From: the human T2T-CHM13v2.0 reference genome, Homo sapiens
Length of the DNA stretch: 64,000 nt
Reading direction: 5' to 3' (one strand)
Assembly: GCF_009914755.1 (NCBI RefSeq)
Contig: NC_060932.1
The translations under genes and the position numbers were made by a program. Position 1 is the first letter of the stretch, and each line of letters starts with the position of its first letter. The notes beneath the pieces are model-generated. The model worked only from the letters and a program-made list of their open reading frames with translations, did not search any database and was not told the origin of the DNA. Positions 1 through 11,195 of the stretch are shown piece after piece.

Positions 1-2029
1 TCCGGTAAGAAACAGGATGCTCCCTCAGTCCTCACACTTTTCCCCAACAATTGCCCAAAGTAACCTGCTCCGCAGAGAAACTGCCGGATGGCCTAAACCC
101 AGCGGTCAGGCCAACACTGCTGCACCAGGCAGCCTGAGGCCACACCAGTGCTGCCATGGCTTTCCCGCCAAAATTGCGAATCTGCATCTCATCACAAAAA
201 GACATCAGATAAGCCCAGTGGAAGGACAGTGCACAAAATAGCTGGCCTCTCTTGTCCAGACTCCCAGCCCTTCCTGCACTGGAGAACTGTGCATGGTCAC
301 AGAGACACCCCAAAGCACCAGGCTCCGGGGGCACCAGGGCTCCGCTTCTGTGCAAAAGCTCGTTTATAAAGGCAGAGAAAGCAATACTGCAAATGCGATA
401 AAATATCATATAAACAACTGGTGAGTTTCAGTAAGGAAGTCCTGGGTGGTATTTTTGCAACTTCTGTAAAAGTATATCAAAACAAAAAGTTATCCCAAAA
501 AATTAAACGCAAGAAGCTAGTTAGGAGAGGAAAGAGGAGAGAGCCCAGGAGCCACACAACTATTCTCCTCCCTCCCAGGGGTTCCCAGAACAGCCAGGAC
601 AGGGAGACTCGGCACCCAGGCCTGCCCCAAGGCTTCTGCATCCACCTGTCCATCAAGCAGCACCGCCTTCCCAATCCCCCCCAACCCCGCCACCAGTCAC
701 AGCCACCTCATCCCTGCAGCTGGGTGGGCAGCAGCAGGAAGCTGCCCCCGAAGGTGCAGCCATAAAGCCAGGGGGGCAGCCTGGGGTCCACATGGGCCAT
801 GAGCCACAGAGCAGTACCACCTCCGACAGGCAACAGCCCAGGACCAGCACCGCCTGCCCCTGTCCCATCCTGGCAGCTGTGGTCTTTTGGTGCTGACTGC
901 AGCCACCGGTAGGCCAAGGTCTCAGTGGAGTCCTGGAGTAGGCAGAGCACAGACGCAATGCTGCGGTCAGGAGGGCCCTGGGCAGCCAGGGGCCAGGGCA
1001 AGCCTGAACACAGATGTCACACCTGCCGGCCAGCAGCCCCACAGCAGGAGCTGAACCAGGGCCGTCGCTACATGGCTGTCTGGTACGGCCAAGTCCAGGT
1101 CCCCTCAGTGGTCTCCGGGTCTCACGTGTGTTATCTGGGCCGCCAGCAGCTCGAGGCCTGGCCAGGTCTCTGCACTCGAACACGCTGTGCCTCCCACAGG
1201 GCTTTCTGGGGCTCCCCGGTGCTGTGCCAGCTGCTTCCTTCCCCAAGAGAGTCCCCTCTCTGCCTGGCAGGCACCACAGCACGAAGAGGCCCCAAAAAGC
1301 CTGTCCCTAAGTCCCCACGGGGCCATAGCTTCCATGCAGGCAGGGCCAGACAGAGATCAGGCCCTCAACACACACCGGGTGAGCGAATGCAAGTGAAGGA
1401 GCCAAGGAGAACGGCAGGAACTGCCTGGGCCACGCACCGGGGCCCGGGGCAGGGGCTGTGTCACGCAGCCTGCTACAGCCACCTGCCTGGGGGACCCTGG
1501 AAAGAAGGTCAAGAAGCCAGACCTCAGCCTGAGTGGCAGCAGCCACAAAACCCCATAGACTCAAGGCTCCTACCCAGTTAAAAATCACAACCCAAAGCAC
1601 CACCCCTCTATGTGAAGCCCTGTCAGGCCGCGTTCTCCCAGAACCTGCAGGGCTGAGCCTTCCTGCCCTTCTGGCTCGGGGGGAATCAGGAGATCCCGGT
1701 ACTTAGGGTCACTTGCACCCAGACCCCCTGACCTGAGTCCACAGCCTCTGAGTGTGGCCCGCTCACCGGTCATCTTGCCTGGCCAGCCTGCTGTCCTGCC
1801 ACGGAGGCGAGGAAGGGCCGTGGAGGCTGTGGTGGCTCCAGGATGCCCCCAGAGCTGTGCTAGGACATACAAGTAGGCAGCAGTGCTCCCAACCAGCCTC
1901 CTGCCCCATGCAGCCCTGTCCTCCCCGGCTGAAGGGGGTCACCCCGTGTTCTGCCCACTCACCACCTTGGGCCTACTGGCCCCCACACTGCTGTGTGGAC
2001 CAAGCAGCCCAAGGGGGATGGGAACCGGG

Positions 2030-2310
2030 GGCAGAGGGGTACAGGGCGGGGCGGAGGGGCACAGGGCGGGGCGGAGGGGTACAGGGCGGGGCGGAGGGGC
2101 ACAGGGCAGGGCAGGGGGTACAGGGCGGGGCGGAGGGGCACAGGGCGGGGCAGAGGGGCACAGGGCGGGGCAGAGGGGTACAGGGCAGGGCAGGGGGTAC
2201 AGGGCGGGGCGGAGGGGCACAGGGCGGGGCGGAGGGGCACAGGACGGGGCAGAGGGGCACAGGGCAGTGCAGGGGGTACAGGGCGGGGAAGAGGGGCACA
2301 GGGCGGGCAG
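2030..2310 (+). repeat. G-rich ~20-bp minisatellite (GCGGAGGGGCACAGGGCGGG)n, ~14 copies
   Basis: Direct tandem units visible; source of the Gly-rich pseudo-ORFs. Confidence 0.93.
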
Positions 2311-3833
2311 GGGCAGAGGCAGAGCCATGGCTCAAATGCAAGCCACCAACGTGAGCCTCCCCCAAGAAGGGGCGGAGAGCTGCCGAAACCACGCAAGCCG
2401 CATTTCTGGGCCCTTTGCTGGCCAGGACCACTGCCAAGCCCAAGGTTGCAAACACTGAAGGACTCAGCAGAGGCTCCTGGCTGTGAGGGAAGCCTGGGAG
2501 CAGAGGGAAGGGCCTGGGAGCAGAGGCTCGCTCCTGGCCATCAGGGAAGCCCAGGACGAAGAGAACCGCATGTCCTGGGTTCTCTGGACAGAGGGATGAG
2601 GGGGCCTGGAGGTTGAGGATGCCATGCAGGGCATCAACACCCAGGGCCAGAGCATGGTGGGAGCCGGGAAGGCAGTGGCAAGGGCTCCCAGCCCCTCCCG
2701 CCCAGCAGCCAGGCCCCAGGGCTCCCCGCCCCCTCTGTGCTCTGGCCCTGGGTCTTGCCCCTCTGTCCTGAGTGGGCACCTAGACCTGCGCCCAGCCGGT
2801 GTTCAGTGCAAACACAGTGGGTGCATCTCTCCTCCCACGAAACCAACACTTGCTTTTAACAAAATCAGTCGAAACTCAGCAACTCCATTAACCAAAACCA
2901 GAAGCGACAATGCTATCATTCTTCAGCATTTTCACAGCATTCAGGGCCGCCCTTGAATGCCCTCTCCAGCATTCAGGGCCTCTCCAGGCTCTTTGTGTGA
3001 GCTGCTCACAGTAGAGCCAGCACCGGGCAGCAAGGATACAGACAGGATACCTCCACCCTCCACGGAGGCCCTGGGGACCGGGCCAAGCTAGACACGGGCA
3101 GACACGGGGCTTCAGCACTCTTGGCAAAGGCCCAAGCTCCCCAGGCTCCATGTCAGAGGGGAGGTAGCAGGGAGGCAGTAAACACCCTGGAAATGTGCCC
3201 TGGAGCCACACCGGCCCTCACAGCCCAGGAGGCCCGCAGCAGTGCCGCCTCTCAGCTGGCCTGCTCCTCACCGGGGGCTGGCCCTGCCCTGATAACCCCT
3301 GGCCCCCCACCAGAGCAGCGGCCGGGCTGCAAATCCCACCTTCGACACCACCCCCCAGCCCCTATCCTCTCTGCAAACACTCCAAACCCTTCGTGGTATG
3401 GCCATGCTGGCCTCTCAACCCCCCACAGGCCCCTGCCCTCAAAGGGGCCTTCTCTGAGCCCCCCACAGATCCATCCTGGGTGGGCCTCAGCACATCCGGC
3501 AGCAGCCACCCACAGAACTATCTGCTTCTGTTGTCTGCTTGCTTCCTGACCGCTCCCCACAGAAGGACAGCACAGTGGGCAGAGCCTGCCTGCTCAAACT
3601 CTGGAGCTGCCTGCTGCCCAGGTATCTGTGGGTGGGGGGAGCCCCACCCATCCAGTGCCGGGCACTCAACAACTGACGCTACACACTGACACCCCTTTGG
3701 TGTCTAGGACCTCCCCATGCCAGCCTGTAACAGGGTCCCGGGCCTGGGGCTGGCTGAGCAGAGCATCTGCACACTGCCAGGATGAGGCGGGCAGGGCGTC
3801 TCTGGCTCTCACCAGATGCAGAGCAAGCCCTGG

Positions 3834-4492
3834 AGTCTAAGTCCATTTTCTGCTGCTATAACAGAATACCACAGCCTGCGTCATTTATACAGAAAACAAG
3901 TGTCTTTGGCCCACAGTTCTGGAGGCTGAGAGATCCAAGAGCATGGTGCCGGCACCTGGTGAGGGTTTTCTTATGGCAGAAGGCAAGCAGGTGCCTGAGA
4001 TTGAGAGGCAATCATGCCACACCCTGCCTTTCTGATCAGGGGCCCCTCCCACCACACAGCACTGACCCATCCACAGGGGTGGAAGCCTCACAGCCAATCA
4101 CCTCTCACAGACCCCACCTCCCCACACCGTCACGTCACAATGTCTATTTTTTTTTTTTTTTTGAGACTATCTCACTCTGTTGCCCAGGCTGGAGTGCAGT
4201 GGCGCCATCTTCGCTCACTGCAACCTCTGCATCTGGGTTCAAGCGGTTCTCCGGCCTCAGCCTCCCAAGTAACTGAGATTACAAGTGCCTGCTACCATGC
4301 CCGACCTTTTTTTTTTTTTTTTTAAGTAGAGACGGGGTTTCACCACGTTGGCCAGGCTGGTCTTGTACTCCTGACCTCAAGTGATCCGCCTATCTCGGCC
4401 TCCCAAAGTTCTGGGATTACAGGGGTGAGCCACTGCACCCGGCCATGTCTGTTAGATGTCAACATAAGTTTTGGAGGAGACATTCAACACCA
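3834..4492. mobile_element. MaLR LTR (MST-like) interrupted by an Alu
   Basis: GTCCATTTTCTGCTGCTATAACAGAATACCACAG...CACAGTTCTGGAGGCTGAGAGATCCAAGAGCATGGTGCC; tail resumes at CAACATAAGTTTTGGAGGAGACATTCAAC. Confidence 0.7.
4147..4445 (-). mobile_element. Alu (S-like)
   Basis: Poly-T then reverse Alu consensus ending CACTGCACCCGGCC. Confidence 0.93.
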
Positions 4493-4527
4493 GGGCACCC
4501 AGAGTTGGGCCATGATGGAGTGCTGGG

Positions 4528-4831
4528 GTTTTTCATTTTTGTTTTTGAGACAGGGTCTTGATCTGTCGCCCAGACTGGAGTACAGTGGCATGATCATGGC
4601 TCACTGCGGCCTCAACCTCCTGGGTTCAAGTGATCCTCCTGCCTCCTCAGTCTCCCAAGTAGTTGAACCCACAGGCACAAGCCATCACACCCAGCTAATT
4701 TTAGTACTTTTTGTAGACATGGGGTCTCACCATGTTGCCCGAGCTGGTCTTGAACTCCAGAGCTCAAGCGGTCCACCTGCCTCGGCCTCCCAAAGTGCTG
4801 GGATTATGAGTGTGAGCCACCACGCCTGGCC
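4528..4831 (-). mobile_element. Alu (J-like)
   Basis: GAGACAGGGTCTTG...CACGCCTGGCC reverse Alu. Confidence 0.9.
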
Positions 4832-5167
4832 ACAGGGTGCTGGTTTTACATAAGGATTCATCCCAAGTTCCTCTGATCACGGGTGTGAGCCATCATGCCT
4901 GGCCACGGGGCGCTGGTTTTACATAAGGATTCATCCCAAGTTCCTCTGATCACAGGTGTGAGCCATCATGCCTGGCCACGGGGCGCTGGTTTTACATAAA
5001 GATTCATCCCACGGTCCTCTGACTACAGGTGTGAGCCATCATGCCCGGCCCCGGGGCGCTGGTGTGACGTTGGGATCCCATGGTCCTCTGACTACAGGTG
5101 TGAGCCATCATGCCCGGCCCCGGGGCGCGGGTGTTACGTTAGGATTCATCCCACGGTCCTCTGACTG
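4811..5167. repeat. ~73-bp tandem repeat, ~5 copies
   Basis: TGTGAGCC anchor at 4811, 4884, 4957, 5030, 5099. Confidence 0.9.
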
Positions 5168-5205
5168 GCACACCCTTTGAGGCACATCAGAAGATGGCGA
5201 GAACC

Positions 5206-5590
5206 CTGCTGTGGACTGAATGTTTGTGTCCCTCGAAACCCGATGCTGAAGCCCTGACCCCAGCGGGATGGCGTGAGGACGCAGGGCCTTCAGAGGTGAT
5301 GAGGTGAAATGGTCCTGAGGTGGGGCCCTCATGATGGGACGAGCATCCTCATAAGAGACCCCAGAGTGCACACGCACTCACCACGCTCTCCCTGCCTCTC
5401 CCTGGGCCATGTGAAGATGCGTGGGAAGACAGCTGTCTGTAAACCCGGAAGAAGGCCCTTGCCAGACACCAAGTCTGCCCAGCAACCTGGTCTCAAACGT
5501 CCGGCCCAGGACTGTGAGAAGTCAGCGTCTGATGCTGAAGCCCCAGTCTGTGCTACTGTGTGACACGGCCCCAGCCGACGAAGACAGTGC
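5206..5590 (+). mobile_element. MaLR LTR (MLT1-like)
   Basis: TGCTGTGGACTGAATGTTTGTGTCCC...GGGCCCTCATGATGGGA...CCATGTGAAGATG...ACTGTGAGAA. Confidence 0.7.
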
Positions 5591-6805
5591 CCAAACCAGA
5601 AGACGGGCAGGAGGTGGGGCAGGGTGGCTGGCGTCCCAGGAGGCTGTGCAGGCACACCTGCTCATTAAGGAGACACGCGTGGGGAGCGCAGCATCGCAGT
5701 GAGGACCCCTCCCGTCCCCAGGCTGAATTCCTCTTTAATGAGACGCCACTTTGGAGAAGCGTTTCAGAGCCCTTCAAAATCCTGGCCTAACTCTCGTCAA
5801 AACTGCACAGATTACTTAAGATTTACCGCACAGACACAAACTAAAATAAAATAAAATAAGGCAGCCCAGTGAGAGGCAGCCTCGTGACAGGACCATTTGT
5901 AGTCAGATGGAAAAGCCTCCGATTCATCTGCTTAAGCGCAGCAGCTTCTGTTTATTTCGCACTTTCATGTCAAATGAATTTGGAAAGAGAAAAAAAGTGA
6001 CAAGCAGTTAGGGATATAAGTCACATTTCAGCTTCAGTTCAGATTAATGAACTTGCTGGAGCTGGTGAGGGCACCGGCAAATCTACAAATCTCAGAACAA
6101 CAAAAAAATTAAATCCCCTCAGCAGAGCCTCAGCCTTCAGGGTGACTCCTCCAAAACCCTTCACTGACCTTCTGCCTCGCACCCCTGCATTCCAGGCCCT
6201 CTGGGACAGGCTTCACTTCAAGGCAGCAGTCCTGGGGCCCGGGGGAGGGCTGGCCAAGGCCGGCTCTCAGGGACCACTGTGGCATGGCCGAGGTATGCGT
6301 AAGGCAGCAGTACAGTAAGCTCCCAGGGTCCCCGAGCCAGAGCAACAGCCCCGTCCTGTGTATTTGGCAGATGCGACGGGCACCACGCTCAGCAGAACAA
6401 CCCAGTCCCATGCCTCAGCTTCTGGGGAGAGGTGGCACATGGCCAGCACACCGCCAGCATGCCCCCGTCAGCTGTTGCCCCGCCCCAAGCAGCCACATGG
6501 CCGGGCATCTGCAGGCCAGGGCAACGCGGCCTCTGATGGGAGCACAGGTGGCACCGTGGATGCCACCCGTTGAGGCAGGAGTCCCGTTCTGCCCTTGGCA
6601 TACAGGCACTGCTCCTTTTCTCCTCCCACCCTCTGCCCCACCCCAGTCTCCACACATGATGTCTGGCGCGTGCCTCAATGGTGTGCCCATCCTCAGAGAC
6701 CCTGGCTGGCAGCACACAGAAGCCCCAGAAGCTACTGCCCAGCAGCCTCTGCCTTCCATCTGACAACGACGAGCACTGGCCGGCCACAAACCTGAGGCCA
6801 CTGGT

Positions 6806-7112
6806 CAGCACCCAGCCATCTCCCGACCACCTCCCCCAGCACCCAGCCATCCCCCGACCACCTCCTCCAGCACCCAGCCATCTCCCCAACACCTCCCCCA
6901 GCACCCAGCCGGCTCCACCACCACCTCCCCCAGCACCCAGCCGGCTCCACCACCACCTCCTCCAGCACCCAACTGTCTCCACCACCACCTCCCCCAGCAC
7001 CCAGCCGGCTCCACCACCATCCCCTCCAGCACCCAGCCATCCCCCGACCACCTCCTCCAGCACCCAGCCATCTCCCGACCACCTACCTCCTCCAGCACCC
7101 AGCTGGCTCCCC
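6806..7112. repeat. C-rich ~30-33-bp minisatellite (CAGCACCCAGCCATCTCCCGACCACCTCCTC)n, ~10 copies
   Basis: Repeated CAGCACCCAG anchors. Confidence 0.92.
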
Positions 7113-10100
7113 ACCGCCTCCTCCATGTTCAGGTCCAGAGAAAGCCGCTGACAGGGAGGAGAGGCCCCAGCCCCTATTACAAACCCAGCCATCAACGGGC
7201 CCTGACGCTGTCCTCCAGCCTTCCACATGGGCCCAACATGACCACCAGGCCGACAGTAAGTTTCTACTTAAATTAGGAGGGGGAGAGAGAGGGCGCGTGT
7301 GCCAAATCACCCCCTGGGACAGGGCAGAGGCCTAGACTCAGGCCGGGCACTCACTTGCCTACCCTCCTTCCCTCGGGCTGCAGGGAAGGGGAGTTTCTAG
7401 AGCTTCCCAGAGGAGGGAACAGGCCTAATCACCCTGAGCCCTCCCCAGTGCCCAGGGCAGAGCTAGGGCCAATAGCTCAGGGCCTGGGGCTCTCCAACCG
7501 AAAGCTGAGAGGAACTGCAGAGGGGTCCTGGGGGCTCATGGCCAGGAGAGGGGCCCCTTCTCGTGCCTCCTCAGGGCGGTGCAGTCCCCGCCATGAGCAT
7601 CACAGCCAAGGGGAGGGGACGGGAAAAGAGGGCAGGGGAGGTCCCAGGGACAGGGTCAGAGAGAGGACAAGGTGAGGGCTGTTGTCAGCAGCAGAGCTGT
7701 GCAAGCTTCACTGCGGCAGCCTGTGTTACTGTTTCTTGTCCCCACCTTGGGCAGGGCCCAGTCCCATTCCTCTCAGGACGGGTGGTAGAGGTCCTGCCCC
7801 CTCCTCCGTCTTTGGGGTTCCAGCTCAGGCCCTGTCCTGAACACCCCACCACAATCAAGCCTAGAGACCCTACCCATTTCGCATGGTACAAGCAGGCAGG
7901 GACGGGCTGTCAGGTTCACGCTGCACTGCGCTGCCCCCAACTACACCCTACCCAAGATGCTCAGCCACTCCCAGCACCTGGGACCTTCATGTGCATCCTG
8001 GGGCAGGGTCAGCCTGGCCTTCACACACAGACCCCCAGGGCCTTCCCTCAACACTCAGAGCCCCCTGGGCCTCACTGTACTCCCCACTGCCGTCCCTTCG
8101 CAGAGCCTCTGCCAGCGGCTCCCTCTCCTCCCAGAGCAGTGCTGTTGGCCTCGTCCATCTCCCAGGAGCTGGCAGCTTCACAGAGAGCAGGCCCGGCTCC
8201 ATGCTCGGAACTCGCGGGTTTGCTTCAGCAACAGAGCAAGATGCTAAGGCTCTGAGGGCAAGAGGCCTAGATGACTTCCTCTCAGGGTGACCAGATCTCC
8301 AATCACAGTGAGGGGTCGGCGGGGGCATCCCACACCGGCGCTGTCCCTCAGCCACTAGTCACCCTGCCTCCCTCCCCTCCCGCGTGTCCACCAGCCCCTG
8401 CCAACTCTGACCACCGTGGCTTCCAGGACTGCTGGGGCTTGCCCGCCAGCCCCTCCAGGGATGGGAGAGGGAGCTGGGGCCCAAGGAGAGCTCTGGTCTC
8501 AGGCTCCAGCCAGCCAACTGGCAGGACAGCCTGCCTTCTTCCTCTCCATGGCAGCCCTTAGTCCATGGTGGCCTGGGCCTGCCGAGGGAGGGCTGAGGGT
8601 CCAGCCACATGCAGGCAGCCCTGGCTCTGATGCAGCACCGGAGATGGCGCATGGGCCAGGCTAGACCAGCCGCTGGCCCAGACGCCCTTTCTGCCTAAAC
8701 AACCCCGAGCCCAGGCACGCAAACAGGCAACAGCAGGCCAGGCAGCCATGCTGGGACGCAGGTGGCAGGTGACCCTGGGCGAGGCAGGCCCAGCCCACTG
8801 GTGGCCATTCTTCCCAGGACTTCCTAAGAGTCGTGCCCCTCAGCTCAGCACCCTCCCCACTCCACTCCCACACCCTATCCACAAGCCCAGGGTTCGTGTC
8901 CCGAAGGGTCCCAGACGCCTGGCAAGGAGTGGAACAGGACTGGGGTGAGGCGGTCAGGAAAGCAAGGAGGGCCCCTCACACACCCCCTCAGCCACATGTG
9001 CATCCTGGGGCGGACTCAGCCTGGCCTTCACACACGGAGAAGACACTGAGGCCTGGAGCCCATGGCCACCAACCACAGCCAGGGCCTCCAGGGGTGGGCT
9101 GAATTCAGGCTTCTGGTGCTGGGGCCCTTGATCCATCAAAGGCGATGCCTGCTCCACCTCCTGCCCACCCATGCCTGTGGTGCAGCCCCTACACCAGGGC
9201 ACTCAGAGAGTCACGGCCGCTCCCTGCAGGGCAGCTGGCCAGGCTTCACTTTGGAAGGACAGGGAACTTGGAGGGAGCCTATCAGCTGACCCGCTGCTCT
9301 CAGCCACATGGCGCCGACAGGAGGCCCTGGGCGCTGGGCCGGCTGCCACCTCCTCCTCCTCCCGGCCTCCTCAGCCCCAGGGCATGGGCACTTGTTTCTG
9401 TGCAACAACACCATCAGGGCCCTCCTGGGCAGGCCCAGCTACAGGAACCAGACCAGCCGGACCCAAACCAGACGCCTTCTTGGCCTTCAGAATCCAGAAG
9501 GAGAGGCCCTGCTGGGTCCGCCCTGAGGAAAATCATCACTTGGCCCCGAGCCGCACCCCTGGGAGAGGTGGACCCTCGACGTCGGGCTGACGACGACCAC
9601 AGGACGGGAAGCAGGAGCGGAGAATCCATAAATCTGAACCTCATTCCCGATGATCCGGGGCTCTTATTAAGTAAATTAATTTAAGTTAATTTAGCTCGAT
9701 CATGACTCCCGATCACAGTGATTTAGTGTGGGGGAAATTGCATTAGGAAAGGCCATGCTCACCAGATAGAAGAACGGAAGAAAATTAGATCCACTTAGCA
9801 ATGTGAATTAATATGGAAATAGCAGGTGTAAATTTAACCTTATCGAGAGAATAAAAATTATCTTCATAAATTTGCAGAAATAGCCCCCGAGATGCTTATA
9901 AATCTATTTAAAACAAAAATATTACAAAAAGTGCAGTAAAATTAATTTAAAATATACTCCAGCTATTGCCTCCAGAAAACTCAGCAGCAGGGCCAAGCTG
10001 AGTGTGGCCTGGTGATACGGGAGGCAGCAGGACACCACCTGGTGGGCTCGCCAGCTGGCTGACCTGCCACGAGGCTCCAGAGCTGGGTAGGGCTGTCCAT

Positions 10101-11041
10101 ACTGGTGGGTGGATCCCCTGGGGTTAGCCTCAGGCCTGGAAACCTCTGGCTAGCAGCAGGGAACCACCAGGCAGCTACGGTCCGGTGGGTGGCCGTGCCC
10201 TGGGCCGTGGCTGCTCGCCCTGAGGCCCTGCCCACCATCTCTGGCCCACGCCACTCCCCCAGGAGCAGATTCCCGCGGGGAGGGTCAGAAGACAGAGGGA
10301 GGGGTCTGCCACTGCCTGCTTCCCATCTGCCTGCCAGGGCTATTACCCTCTCCCAACCTGGAGATGGGGCACCACCACCACAGCAAAGGAAGGGGCCAAC
10401 CTCCTAGAGCCAGGCCTCCTGAGGCCCAGAGGCTGAGCAACCTTGACTGAGCAGGTGGCAAAGCCTCCCGGGATAGCGGCCCCAGGAGGGCAAAAGCTGT
10501 TCCCTGCCGACAGAGCCGCCCTCCCAGCCTGCATCGAGGTCAGAGTGCGAGTGGGGGCCAGAACACGGACAGGCAGCCAGCAGCAGGGCAAGGAGTAGCT
10601 CACATCACCGCCTTGACAATCATACATTGACAGCTTCCAGACAGACCACTGAAGGCCCAGCCTCTCCCACCAGAAGCTTCTCCCCGAGAGATGCTCAGAC
10701 AGCACATGGCGTGGGCCCTGACCGTCTGGGCAGCAGAAGCTTTCATGGCACAGAGCCCTCACCAGCTAATAGGCTTGCTGAGAACAGCAGAGCATGTGTG
10801 TGCATGTGTGTCCGTCCGTCTTCACGTGTATGTGGTAAACACAAGCTGGCCTCCTATTTGGTGCAGAAATTGCTAAAGACACAGAAAAATCAGGCTGGTC
10901 CCCAGCCAACGAGCCCAACACCAAGCAGTTCTGGGATGTGCTCAGCTCCCCCTGGCCCTTGGATTCTACCCTGCAGCCCTCAGGGCAGGGCCAGACAGCC
11001 CAGTTCCCAGGCCTGCAGGAGCCTGCAGGAAGCCTTCCTAC

Positions 11042-11195
11042 CTGGATAGTGAGAGCCGCCGGGCCCGCCAGGAGGGCAGAGACAGGGGGAAGGGCGGGGC
11101 GCTGAGAGGCGAGGCCGGCGTCTTCTTGACAATGCGGTAGCGGGTCTTGATCACCTTGCTGGTGGGTGCAGTCCGCACGGCATGCAGGCTGGACG
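11042..11195 (-). CDS. ZC3H3: ZC3H3 coding exon 4 (154 nt; ASSLHAVRTAPTSKVIKTRYRIVKK...RLSLS)
   Basis: Acceptor TTTTCTCTACAG|CGTCC, donor TCCAG|GTAGGA; inside ORF 11038..11223; G+CG=Ala continues the frame from exon 3. The CCCH zinc-finger exons lie left of the window. Confidence 0.92.

Noticed and set aside
1752-2779. Gly-rich or Pro/Cys-rich repeat proteins
   Set aside because: Translations of the 20-bp G-rich minisatellite; the unit is not a multiple of 3 and all frames are open.
4811-5167. CRISPR-like repeat-spacer array
   Set aside because: Intervening segments are near-identical rather than unique spacers; human context; no cas genes.
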